Below are positions 32,687-45,158 of a stretch of 64,000 nucleotides of DNA, piece after piece. The translations under genes and the position numbers were made by a program. Source of the stretch: Monocercomonoides exilis PA203 (Eukaryota > Protista > Preaxostyla); assembly GCA_001643675.2 (NCBI GenBank), contig LSRY02000023.1, positions 1,178,001 through 1,242,000 of the forward strand. Reading direction: 5' to 3'. The notes under the pieces were generated by a model. It saw nothing but the letters and a program-made list of their open reading frames with translations. It did not search any database and had not been told where the DNA came from. Numbering within the stretch: the first letter of the stretch is position 1; every line of letters starts with the position of its first letter.

Positions 32687-35600
32687 ATGAGAATGCATTT
32701 GTTTCTTTTGGCATGCTTGCTCCTTGCAGATACATTTCAAGTGCAACATTCCTCTTCCGCTGCCACATCCAGCAATCACGATTATCGGAAAAACACCTAT
32801 TTTCACAATTTCATCATTGATCCGGATCGAATTATTGAACAAGATGAGCATTATCCCACAAATAACAATGATCATTATTTATTTGAACGAAATATATTAT
32901 TTGGAGCAGAAAGACAGCAGTCAGGAATTTCGACAGTAATTAATGCATTTTTGGGATTCTCCAATTCATCAGTTGGACTGAAAAATGTGGCACTTGAACA
33001 TTCATCATCATCTTTTGTGCTTCTAACAGAATACTCAACTCTGATGATGGACTCCTGCATATCCAACCAAAAGTCAGATTCTCCTTTTCATCTTCAAAGT
33101 GGGTCAATCAACATGGCAAACTTGAGTGTGATTCCTCAAATGAACGTTAACTCTTCCAGTCTCATATTTTCATCTGATGATTCCAATTCTGCCATTTTGA
33201 GAAATTCCATCATTGCTGACCTGGTTGTCTCATCATCAGACAATTTTCTATTGTCTGGAAAGAGCCAAAGTGAACAGATTATTAATTGTGCCTTCAGGAA
33301 CATGTCTGTGAAATATGCCTCGAATAGCTATCATTTTGCGGAACATTCATGTTTTCGCAGTTCAATGGAGAATACATTTATTTATTCGTGTGTGAATGCC
33401 TTTGAAGGAGGGATCTCGAGTGGATCCTATTCTTCACAAGAGTTTATCTGCAAAAACACAACAATTAACTTTGGGAAAAGAGAAATGAATGATCTTGAAA
33501 GAAAACAACGAATGGACACAACAGAAGGCCAATCGTTTTCGTTGTGCGAATGGGTTGACTGCACGGCACCGCAAGGAGGTGCCCTTTATGTGCATGAAAA
33601 TGAAAATGCTATTTTGACTGTTGAGAATTGTTCATTCACGAGATGCAATGCTTCCTCAACAAAAGGGGGAGGAATATATGCATTGAAAATTTCGGAATGC
33701 ATTGTGATCCATACAATGTTTGCTCAATGCTCGGCGCTTGCAACCACCGATTGTGGAGGAGGAGGAATTATGGCAGAGAATGTGCATGTTCAATCATTTG
33801 TTGATGACTGCTCATTTAAAAACTGCTCTTCAGGAAGCGATGCTGGAGCTTTAAATTTCCGTCCAACAAAAACTGAAAGGCAGAAGGAATGCATTATCAA
33901 TTCCTTTTTCATCAGTTGCAGATGTAATGGATCATCTACTGGTACGGGAGGTGCTGTTGAACATTTTTTTGGAACAGATAAGGTTGTAATTTCAAATTGT
34001 TTGTTTTGTCATTGCTATTCAATGAGAGGAGGAGGAGCAGTTTCGCAGAATGTTAATGAATATAATAATGGAATTTTATTGTATTTTTGCTTTTTCCACA
34101 ATAATACATGCGAGCTTGCAGGTCATGATATTGTTCTTCATGATTCAACATCAAACAACATTGATTCAAGTTGCTATACAACCAGGCAAACATTAAATAG
34201 AGTCAGCTTGAGTTATATAAATAAAAAGGACCAAAGCGATTGGTTGCAAAACAATTTTGGAAGAATCAGATTTGCTTCTTCAACTGATTCAAAACAAAAA
34301 GGAATTGACACATATGCATGTGGCTTGGATAAAAGCCATCCGTGCAACACTATCAGCCATTGCTTGACTCAACTTATTCCTAACTATGTGACTGACATCG
34401 AGATTCTCACAGGAAAAATAAAAGAGACCAAGAGTGTGGACTGCAGTTCCAACACTTTCACAATATATGGCCAAAGTGATATGAGCACAGCAATCCAAAC
34501 AGAATTTGAAGAATCAAGCTTATCTCTTTTTTCAGTCTCTACAGGCACATTTTCAGTGAGAGACTTTGTTCTTGTGCATGACTCGGCTCATCCGAATAAT
34601 CGTGCCTCAAGGCTGTTTGAGATAACTGGAACAGGAGAGATGAGGATAAGTGCGCTGAACATATCTTTTGGGAGTGAGCAATCAGCAGAAACAGCATTCA
34701 CCACAGAGTTGATAAATGTTCAGAGTGGGATCCTTCAGATGAATAATGTAAACTGGGCAAAGACTATCTCCACTGTCTCGTTGTTTTCGCTTTCTTCAGC
34801 AAATGGAATTTCATTGACTCTTTCTGAATGCACCTTTGATGAGATTGAGAGAACAAACAGTGGAGCAGCTGTGATGTCGTTTTCCAACGACAAGGCAAAC
34901 ATCGATCTGAATTCTTGTTCATTTTCTGGATGTGGAAGCGCAACATCAACTGATGGAGGATCAATGATGCTTTGTGTGGGAGAGGCGAATGAAGTGAAAG
35001 TGAAAGGCGGATCTTTTGATGGTTGCTTTTGCTCAACATCCAATGGTCTTGGGGGAGGAATTCTTCTTCGATTGATGAACGACAATCCCGATTTCCTGAT
35101 TTCTTCTTCCTTTGGCACAAACACAGCCAAGTGGGGAAAAGATATCTTCGTCATTTCACCTAATCTGGAAGAAACAGCAAAATCAGAAAATATAACATGT
35201 GTGACAGATTCATTGGATTCTGTTGACAAAGTGAGAGGATATGACAATGGAAACAACAGTGTTGCCATCCCTCTGTGCATCTATCTCCTCCCTACCACAG
35301 AAGAAATACATTTGAGCAATGTCGAGGCATCCAATCACTCACGCTGTGGAGTAGTCCAATTCCCTTGTTTAACTTTGAAGCACTCGCTCACTCGTCAAAC
35401 AGAAACAAGGAAAGTTGTTGTGAGCGGAATGATTTCAATGGGCGATGAATTGGCCTTTTCTGAACAGAAGCATGAAATCAGAGGAAGCAATGATCAAAGT
35501 GGCTGGACAGTCTCTGATTCAAGTGAAACATCAAACTTAGCGATGATAACAACAAGTGTTGAAACAGAATTATCAAAACTTATCTTCTCTCTTCCTCCTT

Positions 35601-38600
35601 CTTTCTCTTCACACTCCACTTTTATTTCATCATCTTCGCAACTGACTTTGTCTCAATGTTCTCTTTCTCTTCAAAATCCATCATTAGAATTGACAATTCT
35701 GTTCTTGTCCGTTGAATCAGGAATTTTGACAATCGACAAATTCTCAGCTTTATCAATTGTCTTGAATGGAAATCCGTTGATCTTATTATCAGGAAGTTGT
35801 CCAAAGGATGAGTTGATGAGCACCAAATGGTTGAACATGACAAACTGCCGTTTCACAGAAATTGAAAGAACTGATGGAAATGGAGGCTGTGTGAGCATTG
35901 ATAATTGCAACGATGAAAATTCAAATGGCGAAATAAATATTGAAGAATGTGATTTTGATGGGTGTTCTGTGCTGGCTGATGAAAGCAGAGGAGGGGCTAT
36001 TGATGCTCAGTTGAAAGGGAGCATTCAAATAAATATTATTTCATGCACATTCACAGGATGCACAGCACCAGCTGGAGAAGGGAAGATTGGGTTTGGTGGA
36101 GGAATGGCACTGAAGCTGATTGATGATTGTTCTTCATTTGTGATGTCATCTCCTGTTTTTGATTCAGACAAGCCAAATGTTGCGAGATATGGAAATGACC
36201 TCTTTATTGAATCATCCAACTTGACAAAGAGCATCACAAATGCCTCTCTTCCATTTGTATCCAAACATCTGGCAGATATTTCATTGGATTCATTGAGAGG
36301 CTTTGATGGGAATGACACAACGAATGCTATTCCATTGGCGTATTTTTGGAGAACATTTGGTTCTGAAATATTTATTGGAGGTGGTGGAAAAGATGTGTGC
36401 GTTTGTGGGCTTTCTGATTATCCTTGCCAATCAATTGATTATTGTTTGGATCGATTGCCTGAAGGAAATGAAAGGCATGTCAACATCATTGGAAAAGGAA
36501 TTCTTCAGAAAAGTGTTGATGTGAGCGGAGTTTGCATAAAATCAAATGATGAAGAAATGTGCTCTTTGGAATGTCACTCTTCAATTGAAGGAGCCGAGGA
36601 AACAGCAATGAAGACTCAGGGCATCACAAATCTCGAACTGATGAAGTTTGTGATTCCATCTTCATTCGCAAGTGGAGTGAATGTTCTGATCCATGTTGGA
36701 TCAAGTGAAGGACTGCTGACTCTGAAAGACTGTTTATTCTCAAAAAATGAAGAAAGCAGAGAAGAAATAATGAATTACGGGATAATCAAGGCAGATGGAG
36801 GAACAGTTGTGTTGGACATTGTTTCAATGCAATCACTCAGCTTTTCAAAAGATGTCATTTCTATGTTGTCAACAACGATATTGAATGTTAAAAATCTGAC
36901 GATGAAGAATATTGAGCTGGATGGGGCAAGTGGATTGAGCATATCAAAGAGTTCAAGAAGAGAAAAAAATGAAGCTGAACAAGATGTTGTTATTGAGTGG
37001 AGTATATTCGAAGAAGTTGCCCAGAACACAACAGATGATATTCCCATCATTCGAAATGTGAACGATGAGCCATTGAAAATGGTGATTCGAAACACAACGA
37101 TGAAGAAGTGTGGTGGAACAAGGTGTGGAAAGGGAGGAGGGATGTTTTATGTGTTGAATGAGGAAGGAAACTTTGATTTCTCATTTTGCACGATTTCTGG
37201 GTGTTTCTGCTCAACAACAGGAAGAGGCGGGTGGCTGTTTCTCGAATGTCCATCGACTACAGAACATCCTCTGAATTTTGTTCTCTCAAATATCACATTC
37301 AGAGACAACTCAGCATTGAAAGGGAGAGATGTGTATGTTCGATGCCACTCAATCGAAACACAAATTGTTGAAGAGCAATTTCTTTTGGATTTCAGAGCAC
37401 CGTTTGTGAAGGAGCTGGCGATATGGGGTTGCACAACAGACTCATTTGAAGGAGAAGAAGATCTTCTCCTGAGAGTCGTGAAATATCTGAGCGAGACGAT
37501 CTTTGTATCTTCAGTTTCTGAAAATCACAAAAATAGCAAGCAATGTGGAGAGTTCAGCATGCCTTGCCAATCACTGGATGTTGGAGTGCAACACATCATT
37601 CCTTCGTCGTATTCGCAGCTGTTGATCTCGAAGGAGACAGTTATTGTTGGGGAATGCGAAGCAATGGATTTGATCATCCGCTCATTGCAATCTTCCTCAG
37701 CTGCTCTGGTCCATCTGAACTCAACAATTAATATCAATGAGGGAAATCTGATCACAACCTCAGAGACTGTTCGGATTGAAAAATTGAAATTCGATTTTGG
37801 CCAGTCATTTTCATATTCTGGAAGTTCAATCATCCATGAAGCAAATGCCCAGCTGTCTCTTTCATCTGTTGATTTCTCTTCTGTTGGCCAATCAGAGAAC
37901 ATTGAATCTGTTGTTCTCAATTCAACGTTGCTGTGCATCGAAAATGGAATTCTTCATATTGACAACTGCTCAGTGTCACTCATTTCATTCAAGAAGCCTT
38001 CATTTCTGCTTAGTGGCAAAGAGATATCATTGGCAAATGTGAAACTGGAACATATTGACTCAATGGCAAATGTGTTTGAGATTGCTGACTTCAAAGAAGT
38101 TGTATTCAATGGAATATCTGCAGATGGGGTGAGTCTATCTGAGGGTTGTGTCTTTTCAATGAACGAAAAGACTTCAGGGACTGTTTCTGTTGGAAGCTCC
38201 TCGTTCAACAACTGTTCAAGGAATTCGGAAAGAGCTTCTATTCTCTCTGTTTCTTCATCCTCTGCTCAAATTGTTCTTTCAAATTGCTCTTGTTCAAACT
38301 GCCATTCTCTCTCTGAAAAAGGGAGCATCGTGAAGATAGGAAATGCAAGAGATGTTTCAATGAGTCTGTGTCGATTTGACGGAGAACTTGAAGATGAAAA
38401 TGAAAACGAGAACAGAAATGAATTCAAAGAAATATGCAAATGGAATGGGTCAGTTGTGGATGTTCAATCCAGCAATGTTGGGATGAAAGACGCAACAATC
38501 AGCAACTCGAAGAAAGGGGGACTTTCGTTGTCAGGTGGAAGTGTGGAGATTGAGAAAGGGGAATTCATGAACAACAATCCTTCGATAGCGAATTATGGAT

Positions 38601-40441
38601 CGGCACGAAGAAACATTCTGTGTGGAGGTTCAGCAAAATTGAAGGTTGTGAGCTTGAAGGGAGGGGATGGAGTGAAGGACAATACCTCTTTGTGGATATT
38701 GGATGAAGGATGCACACTGGAAGGGATTGCCGGAGAAAGAGAATCACCATTTTTCATCCCGAGGGTGGAGAGTGTGTCATCGGAAAAGTCAGGGGAGGTG
38801 GTGGATGTTGTGTTCAGAGGATCAGTTCTCCTTCCGTGCAACCTCTCGTTCAAGACAGTTGCAGCAGTTGGGGATGAGGAAGTGGTTGAGAAATATTTGT
38901 TTGATGAAAGTGGTTTCATATCAGAAGAAGAGGTGCATGGGTTTGTTCCTGTCAAGACAGTTGAAGGGGTGGCAAGCGAAGCAGAAGTGAGGGTGAGTAT
39001 TCTGTTTGGGAGCGCTGATTCTCCATCAGCCACTGATTCTTTCGTTCTGAAGAACAGGAGTGAATCCAAAACAAGTGGAGATGAAAGGATTGCCGAAGGA
39101 GGAAAGAAAGAAAGATCGATATGGCCAATAATTGTGATTGTGATGGCAATTATTCTTTTGATTGTTCTGATTATTTCTGTAATATTTATTGTTCGATGGA
39201 GAAAAGCTAAAAATGAGAACGAAGATCTGAGAGAGATTGTGAATGACAATATCAAAAAGGATCCAAAGCTGATTGAGATGATGACGATGGAGATGTCGCC
39301 TGAGGAACAGTGGCGAAGAGCCGAAAGAGAGGCAGAGAAGAAGAATGAGGAGAGGATAAAGAAAAGAGTGTATGCGAAAAGCCTTGGACATTCGGAGTCA
39401 TCTGAGCATCTTCTATCTGAGAGTGGCTCAACTGAATATATTCTGGGGAGAGATTCAGACAAGATTCCAGATTGGGCTCTGGAGAAAGTGGACGAGGAGG
39501 AGGAAGAAGAGACAAGAAAGAGAACGCCATCACCTTCCATTTCATCCACTTCAACAACTTCAACAACTAATTCAGATTCCACTTTTGTTCGGGGAGATGA
39601 TCTGTGTCCAACCACCTCATCGATGTCGAATCTGGTGGATGCCATGGCATGCTCATCACCACATGAAAAGCTGATTGTTGACTTGAGGGATTCTCTGTTC
39701 ATGTTGTTGCATGGGAGGAATGAGAAGAAAGAGATGGCGATTGGGAGTCTTCAGCAAAGAGAGCAGACAGCTGCTCAAATCCTGTTCTGGGTGGCGAATG
39801 GAGCTCTCCATTCATTTGACGAGATGGAAAATACTCTTTCATCACTTTCCAATCTGAGTCCTCACATTGTGTTGCTTTCAGAACACATGGTGATCTGCAT
39901 TGTGATGCATTCAGACTTCTCGTCTGATGATTCTGATTCCTCATCCATCTCTTCATCAACAGTGGTGACATCTGCCAGTGATGATGATGATGATGAAAGT
40001 GACTCTCTGCCCTCATCGGCGTTTGAGGATGAGGAAGACAACCGATATGAGTGTTTGCGGTGGAAAGCGCCCGAGTTGCTGATGAACAGGAAAATGGGGG
40101 CAACAAAGGAGTCGGTGGTGTTTTCGATTGGGATGATGCTGTGGGAGTGTCTGACGCTGCAGATCCCGTTTGGGGAGTATGAGGCAGAGGTTGCAGGAAA
40201 GAAGATTGTGAATGGAGTGAGACCAGAGATTGGGATGGCTGAAGAGTCGACGTTGGGAGAGGTCTCGAAGAATTGCATGCTCCAAACACCTTCGGAGCGT
40301 CCATCGTTGGTGACACTGAAGCGAGAGTTTATTCAGAGGTTTCCAGCAGGTGCCGTTGTGATGACAATTTCTGATGCAGTGGACGTTGAAGATGAGACAG
40401 ACGACTGCGAAGAGAGCAATAACAGTAGCTTGGAAGAATAG
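32687..40441 (+). CDS. Receptor copy C (2584 aa): signal peptide, beta-helix-like ectodomain, TM, pseudokinase
   Basis: Intact ORF starting MRMHLFLLACLLLADT; GGAL/GGGI and 'CG...PC.TI' modules. TM and kinase-like region near-identical to copies A and B; ectodomain and last ~84 aa divergent. Confidence 0.9.
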   Translation: MRMHLFLLACLLLADTFQVQHSSSAATSSNHDYRKNTYFHNFIIDPDRIIEQDEHYPTNNNDHYLFERNILFGAERQQSGISTVINAFLGFSNSSVGLKNVALEHSSSSFVLLTEYSTLMMDSCISNQKSDSPFHLQSGSINMANLSVIPQMNVNSSSLIFSSDDSNSAILRNSIIADLVVSSSDNFLLSGKSQSEQIINCAFRNMSVKYASNSYHFAEHSCFRSSMENTFIYSCVNAFEGGISSGSYSSQEFICKNTTINFGKREMNDLERKQRMDTTEGQSFSLCEWVDCTAPQGGALYVHENENAILTVENCSFTRCNASSTKGGGIYALKISECIVIHTMFAQCSALATTDCGGGGIMAENVHVQSFVDDCSFKNCSSGSDAGALNFRPTKTERQKECIINSFFISCRCNGSSTGTGGAVEHFFGTDKVVISNCLFCHCYSMRGGGAVSQNVNEYNNGILLYFCFFHNNTCELAGHDIVLHDSTSNNIDSSCYTTRQTLNRVSLSYINKKDQSDWLQNNFGRIRFASSTDSKQKGIDTYACGLDKSHPCNTISHCLTQLIPNYVTDIEILTGKIKETKSVDCSSNTFTIYGQSDMSTAIQTEFEESSLSLFSVSTGTFSVRDFVLVHDSAHPNNRASRLFEITGTGEMRISALNISFGSEQSAETAFTTELINVQSGILQMNNVNWAKTISTVSLFSLSSANGISLTLSECTFDEIERTNSGAAVMSFSNDKANIDLNSCSFSGCGSATSTDGGSMMLCVGEANEVKVKGGSFDGCFCSTSNGLGGGILLRLMNDNPDFLISSSFGTNTAKWGKDIFVISPNLEETAKSENITCVTDSLDSVDKVRGYDNGNNSVAIPLCIYLLPTTEEIHLSNVEASNHSRCGVVQFPCLTLKHSLTRQTETRKVVVSGMISMGDELAFSEQKHEIRGSNDQSGWTVSDSSETSNLAMITTSVETELSKLIFSLPPSFSSHSTFISSSSQLTLSQCSLSLQNPSLELTILFLSVESGILTIDKFSALSIVLNGNPLILLSGSCPKDELMSTKWLNMTNCRFTEIERTDGNGGCVSIDNCNDENSNGEINIEECDFDGCSVLADESRGGAIDAQLKGSIQINIISCTFTGCTAPAGEGKIGFGGGMALKLIDDCSSFVMSSPVFDSDKPNVARYGNDLFIESSNLTKSITNASLPFVSKHLADISLDSLRGFDGNDTTNAIPLAYFWRTFGSEIFIGGGGKDVCVCGLSDYPCQSIDYCLDRLPEGNERHVNIIGKGILQKSVDVSGVCIKSNDEEMCSLECHSSIEGAEETAMKTQGITNLELMKFVIPSSFASGVNVLIHVGSSEGLLTLKDCLFSKNEESREEIMNYGIIKADGGTVVLDIVSMQSLSFSKDVISMLSTTILNVKNLTMKNIELDGASGLSISKSSRREKNEAEQDVVIEWSIFEEVAQNTTDDIPIIRNVNDEPLKMVIRNTTMKKCGGTRCGKGGGMFYVLNEEGNFDFSFCTISGCFCSTTGRGGWLFLECPSTTEHPLNFVLSNITFRDNSALKGRDVYVRCHSIETQIVEEQFLLDFRAPFVKELAIWGCTTDSFEGEEDLLLRVVKYLSETIFVSSVSENHKNSKQCGEFSMPCQSLDVGVQHIIPSSYSQLLISKETVIVGECEAMDLIIRSLQSSSAALVHLNSTININEGNLITTSETVRIEKLKFDFGQSFSYSGSSIIHEANAQLSLSSVDFSSVGQSENIESVVLNSTLLCIENGILHIDNCSVSLISFKKPSFLLSGKEISLANVKLEHIDSMANVFEIADFKEVVFNGISADGVSLSEGCVFSMNEKTSGTVSVGSSSFNNCSRNSERASILSVSSSSAQIVLSNCSCSNCHSLSEKGSIVKIGNARDVSMSLCRFDGELEDENENENRNEFKEICKWNGSVVDVQSSNVGMKDATISNSKKGGLSLSGGSVEIEKGEFMNNNPSIANYGSARRNILCGGSAKLKVVSLKGGDGVKDNTSLWILDEGCTLEGIAGERESPFFIPRVESVSSEKSGEVVDVVFRGSVLLPCNLSFKTVAAVGDEEVVEKYLFDESGFISEEEVHGFVPVKTVEGVASEAEVRVSILFGSADSPSATDSFVLKNRSESKTSGDERIAEGGKKERSIWPIIVIVMAIILLIVLIISVIFIVRWRKAKNENEDLREIVNDNIKKDPKLIEMMTMEMSPEEQWRRAEREAEKKNEERIKKRVYAKSLGHSESSEHLLSESGSTEYILGRDSDKIPDWALEKVDEEEEEETRKRTPSPSISSTSTTSTTNSDSTFVRGDDLCPTTSSMSNLVDAMACSSPHEKLIVDLRDSLFMLLHGRNEKKEMAIGSLQQREQTAAQILFWVANGALHSFDEMENTLSSLSNLSPHIVLLSEHMVICIVMHSDFSSDDSDSSSISSSTVVTSASDDDDDESDSLPSSAFEDEEDNRYECLRWKAPELLMNRKMGATKESVVFSIGMMLWECLTLQIPFGEYEAEVAGKKIVNGVRPEIGMAEESTLGEVSKNCMLQTPSERPSLVTLKREFIQRFPAGAVVMTISDAVDVEDETDDCEESNNSSLEE

Positions 40442-42089
40442 GGAGCATAGAGCGAGCGTTAAAGGACAGAGAATGGAAACCGTTGGATTGTTGTCTAGTC
40501 AAGATACCACAAACAGAATTATGAGGGGAAAATGATTATTTGCAGAATTCAGGTCTGATGGAGTGGAATGAAAAGGAAGAGTTTGGAGACGAACACTGAT
40601 CAAAGCTGATGTGCTGCGCAAGGCGAACAGAAGAAGTGGAGATGAGTGTGCACGAGAATGTCTGTCTCAAATATGGATGGACACATGGATATACAAAGGC
40701 ATTTTCTTCAATTTTCAGTTGAAACGTTTGTGTTTGTTTCCCAGTCTAACGATTTCTTCTTGATATTGCTGTTTTTATTTGAAGGTTGAAAAAGAGTTTC
40801 ACTTCGTTTGCCTATTCAGCATATTACATTTCCTTGAGTAGCATTGCTTGAATTTATATATTCATGCTTTATATTAGCTTTACTTCCACTTCACATTTAT
40901 TTTGCATGAATTTTGTATCTCCATTTTTTCTTTTATCTTTAATTCCACTTTTCAGTTTGTATTTTTTTCGTTTTGTTATTAATATTCACAATTACATTTT
41001 CCTTTCTCTTTTTGTCAAACTCCAGTTTGCCTGGCCATTTCTATTTGTTGAAATACCCCTTTCATCATCATCTTTTTCTTTTTCTTTTTCTTTTCTTTTC
41101 GTTTCTTTTTCTTTTTTTTAGACAAAAGCACTATTTCTTAATTCCTGCAACATGCAAAAAATTCAAATTTCATTTGAAGCAGAAATATATTCATGATTGT
41201 TTTCTCATCGAACACATCTCCTGTGCCCAGAAAATGATGATAAATCCTCATTTTCTCCTTTTGGATCGCCACAGTTTGTCGAATTGCTTTCTGAAAGAAT
41301 TTTGTTTTTTCCTCTTTTGAAGAAAAGCATTCACTCCGTTCCACGAATATCCGCTGCATCGATATCAAAAGCCTTTCTCTTCCTTCTCCTCCTCCTTTAT
41401 CCTTATTCAAATCATATTTTTTCAGAGCAATCCATTCTTTCACCAAAGATCAATGCTTAACATCATAATTGGCACATGCTTATCAAAACTTTGCAAGATC
41501 GTCTTCTCCAGCTCACTTGCAGCGGTCTGCATCACAACCCAAATAGACTGTTTTCACTTCCTACAAACCCATCATTCTCTGTGATGAGATGCCCTTTAAC
41601 AGCATCTGAATATCACAACTTTCTTTCCCAGTCAAACGTGATGGTGTTCTCCCAAAAGAATGCTAATAACCACCTCTGAAACACACGCGACAGCTCCGGC
41701 TGGTTAACCAGGTGGATAATCACAAAAGTGCGCGTTGCCTCCAGAGAAAGAAAGGCATACGCTTATGCAGGGACATCAAATGAGCCAGAAGCTGGCAAAG
41801 GAGACACTCTAGGTGAACATTTATTTCCTGGCACGACGAGGCTGACCCGTAAGCTCCGCTCAAAGAGCCCTGAGGCCGAGCACAGGCAGAATGCGCAGAA
41901 TCAGAGGAGGGAGAGCGCACGTGCAAAGCAGCAGTGCGGAAGGAGGTTGTTTTCAGGCGCTATCTCGATGCCCCCCTGCAGGAGATACGACATCCATAAG
42001 AATGCTAACAACGCTGCCAGCGACTCTCACTCGTCCACAAACACACCATACGAAATACAAAATACAAAAATCATCTTTTTTTCGTGACA

Positions 42090-43600
42090 TACTTGCCCGA
42101 TTGCATATGTCGCATGAAGTTAGGATATCTTTTGCGTTCATTTCTGTTCCACAGCGTCCCCAATTGCAACAAACTCTTCCATCGTCTCTCTCTGCCTGTC
42201 CGAGTTCAAATTCAGCAATCCTTCATCTGATACCAAGGACCCATTCTCCTCTTTTTTTCTTCTCTCTTCCATCTCTCACAAACAGCCTCTCTCCAACAAA
42301 CGTATTGCTCATCATCCCGTCCGACTGTATCATCCCTTCCACAATTAACTTCTTCACAATTTACTCCCGCTCTGCACACAGCTCCACCAACATCCCCGTC
42401 ACCGTCATCGTCACCAGATAATCCTGCCAACTCCCTCTTGCACTCTCGTCAACCAGCCTCAAAAACCTCAAATGCAGCCATTCAACTTCCAGAATCTGCA
42501 CCTATTCTTCTTCCTCTTCCTCTTCCTTCTCCAAATCAATAGAGCCGCCCTTTCCTCCTTGTTCCTCATTCATCCCCAAATCATTCGTCAATATTTGCAT
42601 CTGTTCCACATCTTTCCCCACACTTCTTTCACTTCCATCTGAAATCATACCAAAAGATCCATCTTCTGAGTCTTCTTCTGCTCTCCTGTTCTCCAGTTGG
42701 GTTCCACCGGATGGAGAAGAACTGCACACTTCAGGTTTCGCTGAATGCTGCTTGTCTGCCTCCATCCCCGCCTTCACAAGCCTCAGCCCACTCGGCCCAA
42801 GCGCCTCCACAACCAACAGTACCATTGCACTTTCCAACTTCCCCTGCTTCTCTTTGATTCTCTCCATAAACTCTCTGTGCACTGTCCGATACCCGCCTTT
42901 CACTCCATTTCCTCCTCCTTCCTCTGCCTTTTCTCACTTCTCCAGCACTGCCAACAAAAGGGCCACATCCTCCATTCTCGTCCCCGCTGCCGACAGCCCC
43001 TTCCCCACAATCTCCCCCACTTCACACACTGCAACCCCTCGCCCCAACACTTCGCCGTCCAGCTTCACCACCACACGCCTCTACCACGGAGATCACCATA
43101 TCTGCAGTGACAGGTCAAACAAATCGTAGATTGAAGGGAACGCATTCACATCTGCTGCCGCAAAGATCCACTTACTCCCCGACTTAGTTCCGACTGATAC
43201 TGCAAGCGACGGAAGCGGTGTCACCAGCGGAACCGAAAGCATCTCCGGAAGTTCCATAACGCAAGCACACACAACACCTCCAGACAGAACTGCACGCTGC
43301 GCCTTAGCATAACCTCGCGGAGCTCATTGCAACCGCAGTGATGGTTTCTTGTGATTTGCACACATCCCAGCCGCCGCTAGATATCGTCCATCACTGCTGC
43401 AGATGTGAATAACACCTCCACAGCCGAGGTATCTGAAGTGTCAATCGCAGGTGCTGATGACGAAGATGATGGCTGCCCAACCCGTTCCGCCTTCTTCTCT
43501 TCGTTTCCCTGCAATTGAAATGGCGAAGCAACAATGTTTGCAGTTTCAAACGAGAAAGACGAGGCAGATAAGATGAGATGAAAGAATGCGAAGAAGAAAA
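42090..43600 (-). pseudogene. Decayed hypothetical gene
   Basis: GC-richer coding-like sequence with scattered in-frame stops, e.g. ...VALLLAVLEK*EKAEEEEME...; no family recognised. Confidence 0.4.
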
Positions 43601-45158
43601 ATTCGATTAAATACCTCTCTCATCAAGCATGTTCAATGAATAAGATCTTTTTTTTTCCTTCTTTTCCTCTTCCCCTTCCTCTTTCTCCTCTTCCTCCTCT
43701 TCCTCTGCTTCTTATTTCTCGCGCATTTCATTCTTTCTTTTTAAAATATGTTCTGAAGACAAATATGATGCATCTAAAACACTCAAAAAGAACTGAATTC
43801 ACACAAAGCAGAAGCAAATGAACAGTTTCTATTTCATAATTGCCTCACTCTCATGTTAACTTTGCTCATTGACTCACAATAGTTCAAAAGTTTGTCAATA
43901 CGTTTATTGTCCTCTTTCACTCTCATAAAGGATATTTCGACTTCTTCTTCTTAGCATTCGTTTTCTTCTTTTCTTTTGTTAAATTGTTGAAAATAAAAAA
44001 GAAACATAAATGAAATAAATACTGGATAACACACTTCAATTTAACCAAATACTTCAATTGTTGTCTGGTTGCTCTTGTTAGACTTATCTCAGCATCGCTC
44101 GATTTGTGTCCGCCTTTACTCCGAAATCCGCACTGATTTTGGAGAATCAACAACAATCATCAAAACAACCCTAAATGATGATTATCCTAGAAACGAAACA
44201 AACGAACTTACAGATAAAAACACGGCAAGTGGCAATCACCATTGAATGATTAAAATGTTGAAATAATCTTTAAAAATTCGATTGTAATTTGATTCCAACA
44301 TTGCATTAACTTCAGTTCGCCTTCTCAAATTTTTTCCATCTTCGCTTGGCCTCAAAGCCTTTTGGAATAGAATCTCTTTCATTGATCCATTAACAATGTC
44401 GTCCGTTATTTCCTGATAAGGTCTCTTATGCGTTCAATTATCATGCGCTAAACCAATTAAAAACTGTGAATTGATGAAAGCTTCATCCACTCCTTCATTT
44501 TTCATTCAGCTTGAACAACCCATCAAGAGACGAACTCATAATAATAATTTCCCGATAGTTAATAACTATGCTCAGCACATGAAATTTGAAATGTCCACGG
44601 AAACTTGCAAACATTTTGAAATGACAGTTAACATTATCTCGATGAAGAAAAGCTTCCAGACAACTGTAATTGTGAGCGCCAAAATCTAAATACGAAAATT
44701 TGAATTTTCAATTGCATTGGTGATAAAATGCACAGTTTAATGTGCAAATTGTTGCTTTTTTGTCACTTTTTTGTAAAGTTCAAAAAAGCACCAAATTTCC
44801 CCCTCTTTGTTCAACTCAGAATGTTAAAATAGATATTTTTTTAACACTTAATGTAAACTATATATGGCATATATTCCAATGTGTTCATAATTTCACGAAA
44901 TTCAATTCAGATCTTTTGAATAAATTACTGTTGGTTCGATCAGACAGAAATTTAACTCTTTCGTATTTGACTCAATATAGCATGTACCGTTGACTTTTTT
45001 GTGATTTGTTTTTTAACATAGATTTTCACAAAGCAAAGGAATTGAGTTTGGCCTTTATCTTTGTTTTGTCAATTATCAGCAATGTTTGTTTTTCTGTTTG
45101 TTTTTCTATTTTTCATTTGAAATTTTGCGCAAATTGATCTTTGCTAATAATAGACAGA

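Noticed and set aside
41476-42087. Possible retroelement fragment
   Set aside because: No RT, RNase H, integrase or endonuclease motif is visible.
44000-44700. Minus-strand partly open frame
   Set aside because: Interrupted by stops and not assignable to any family.
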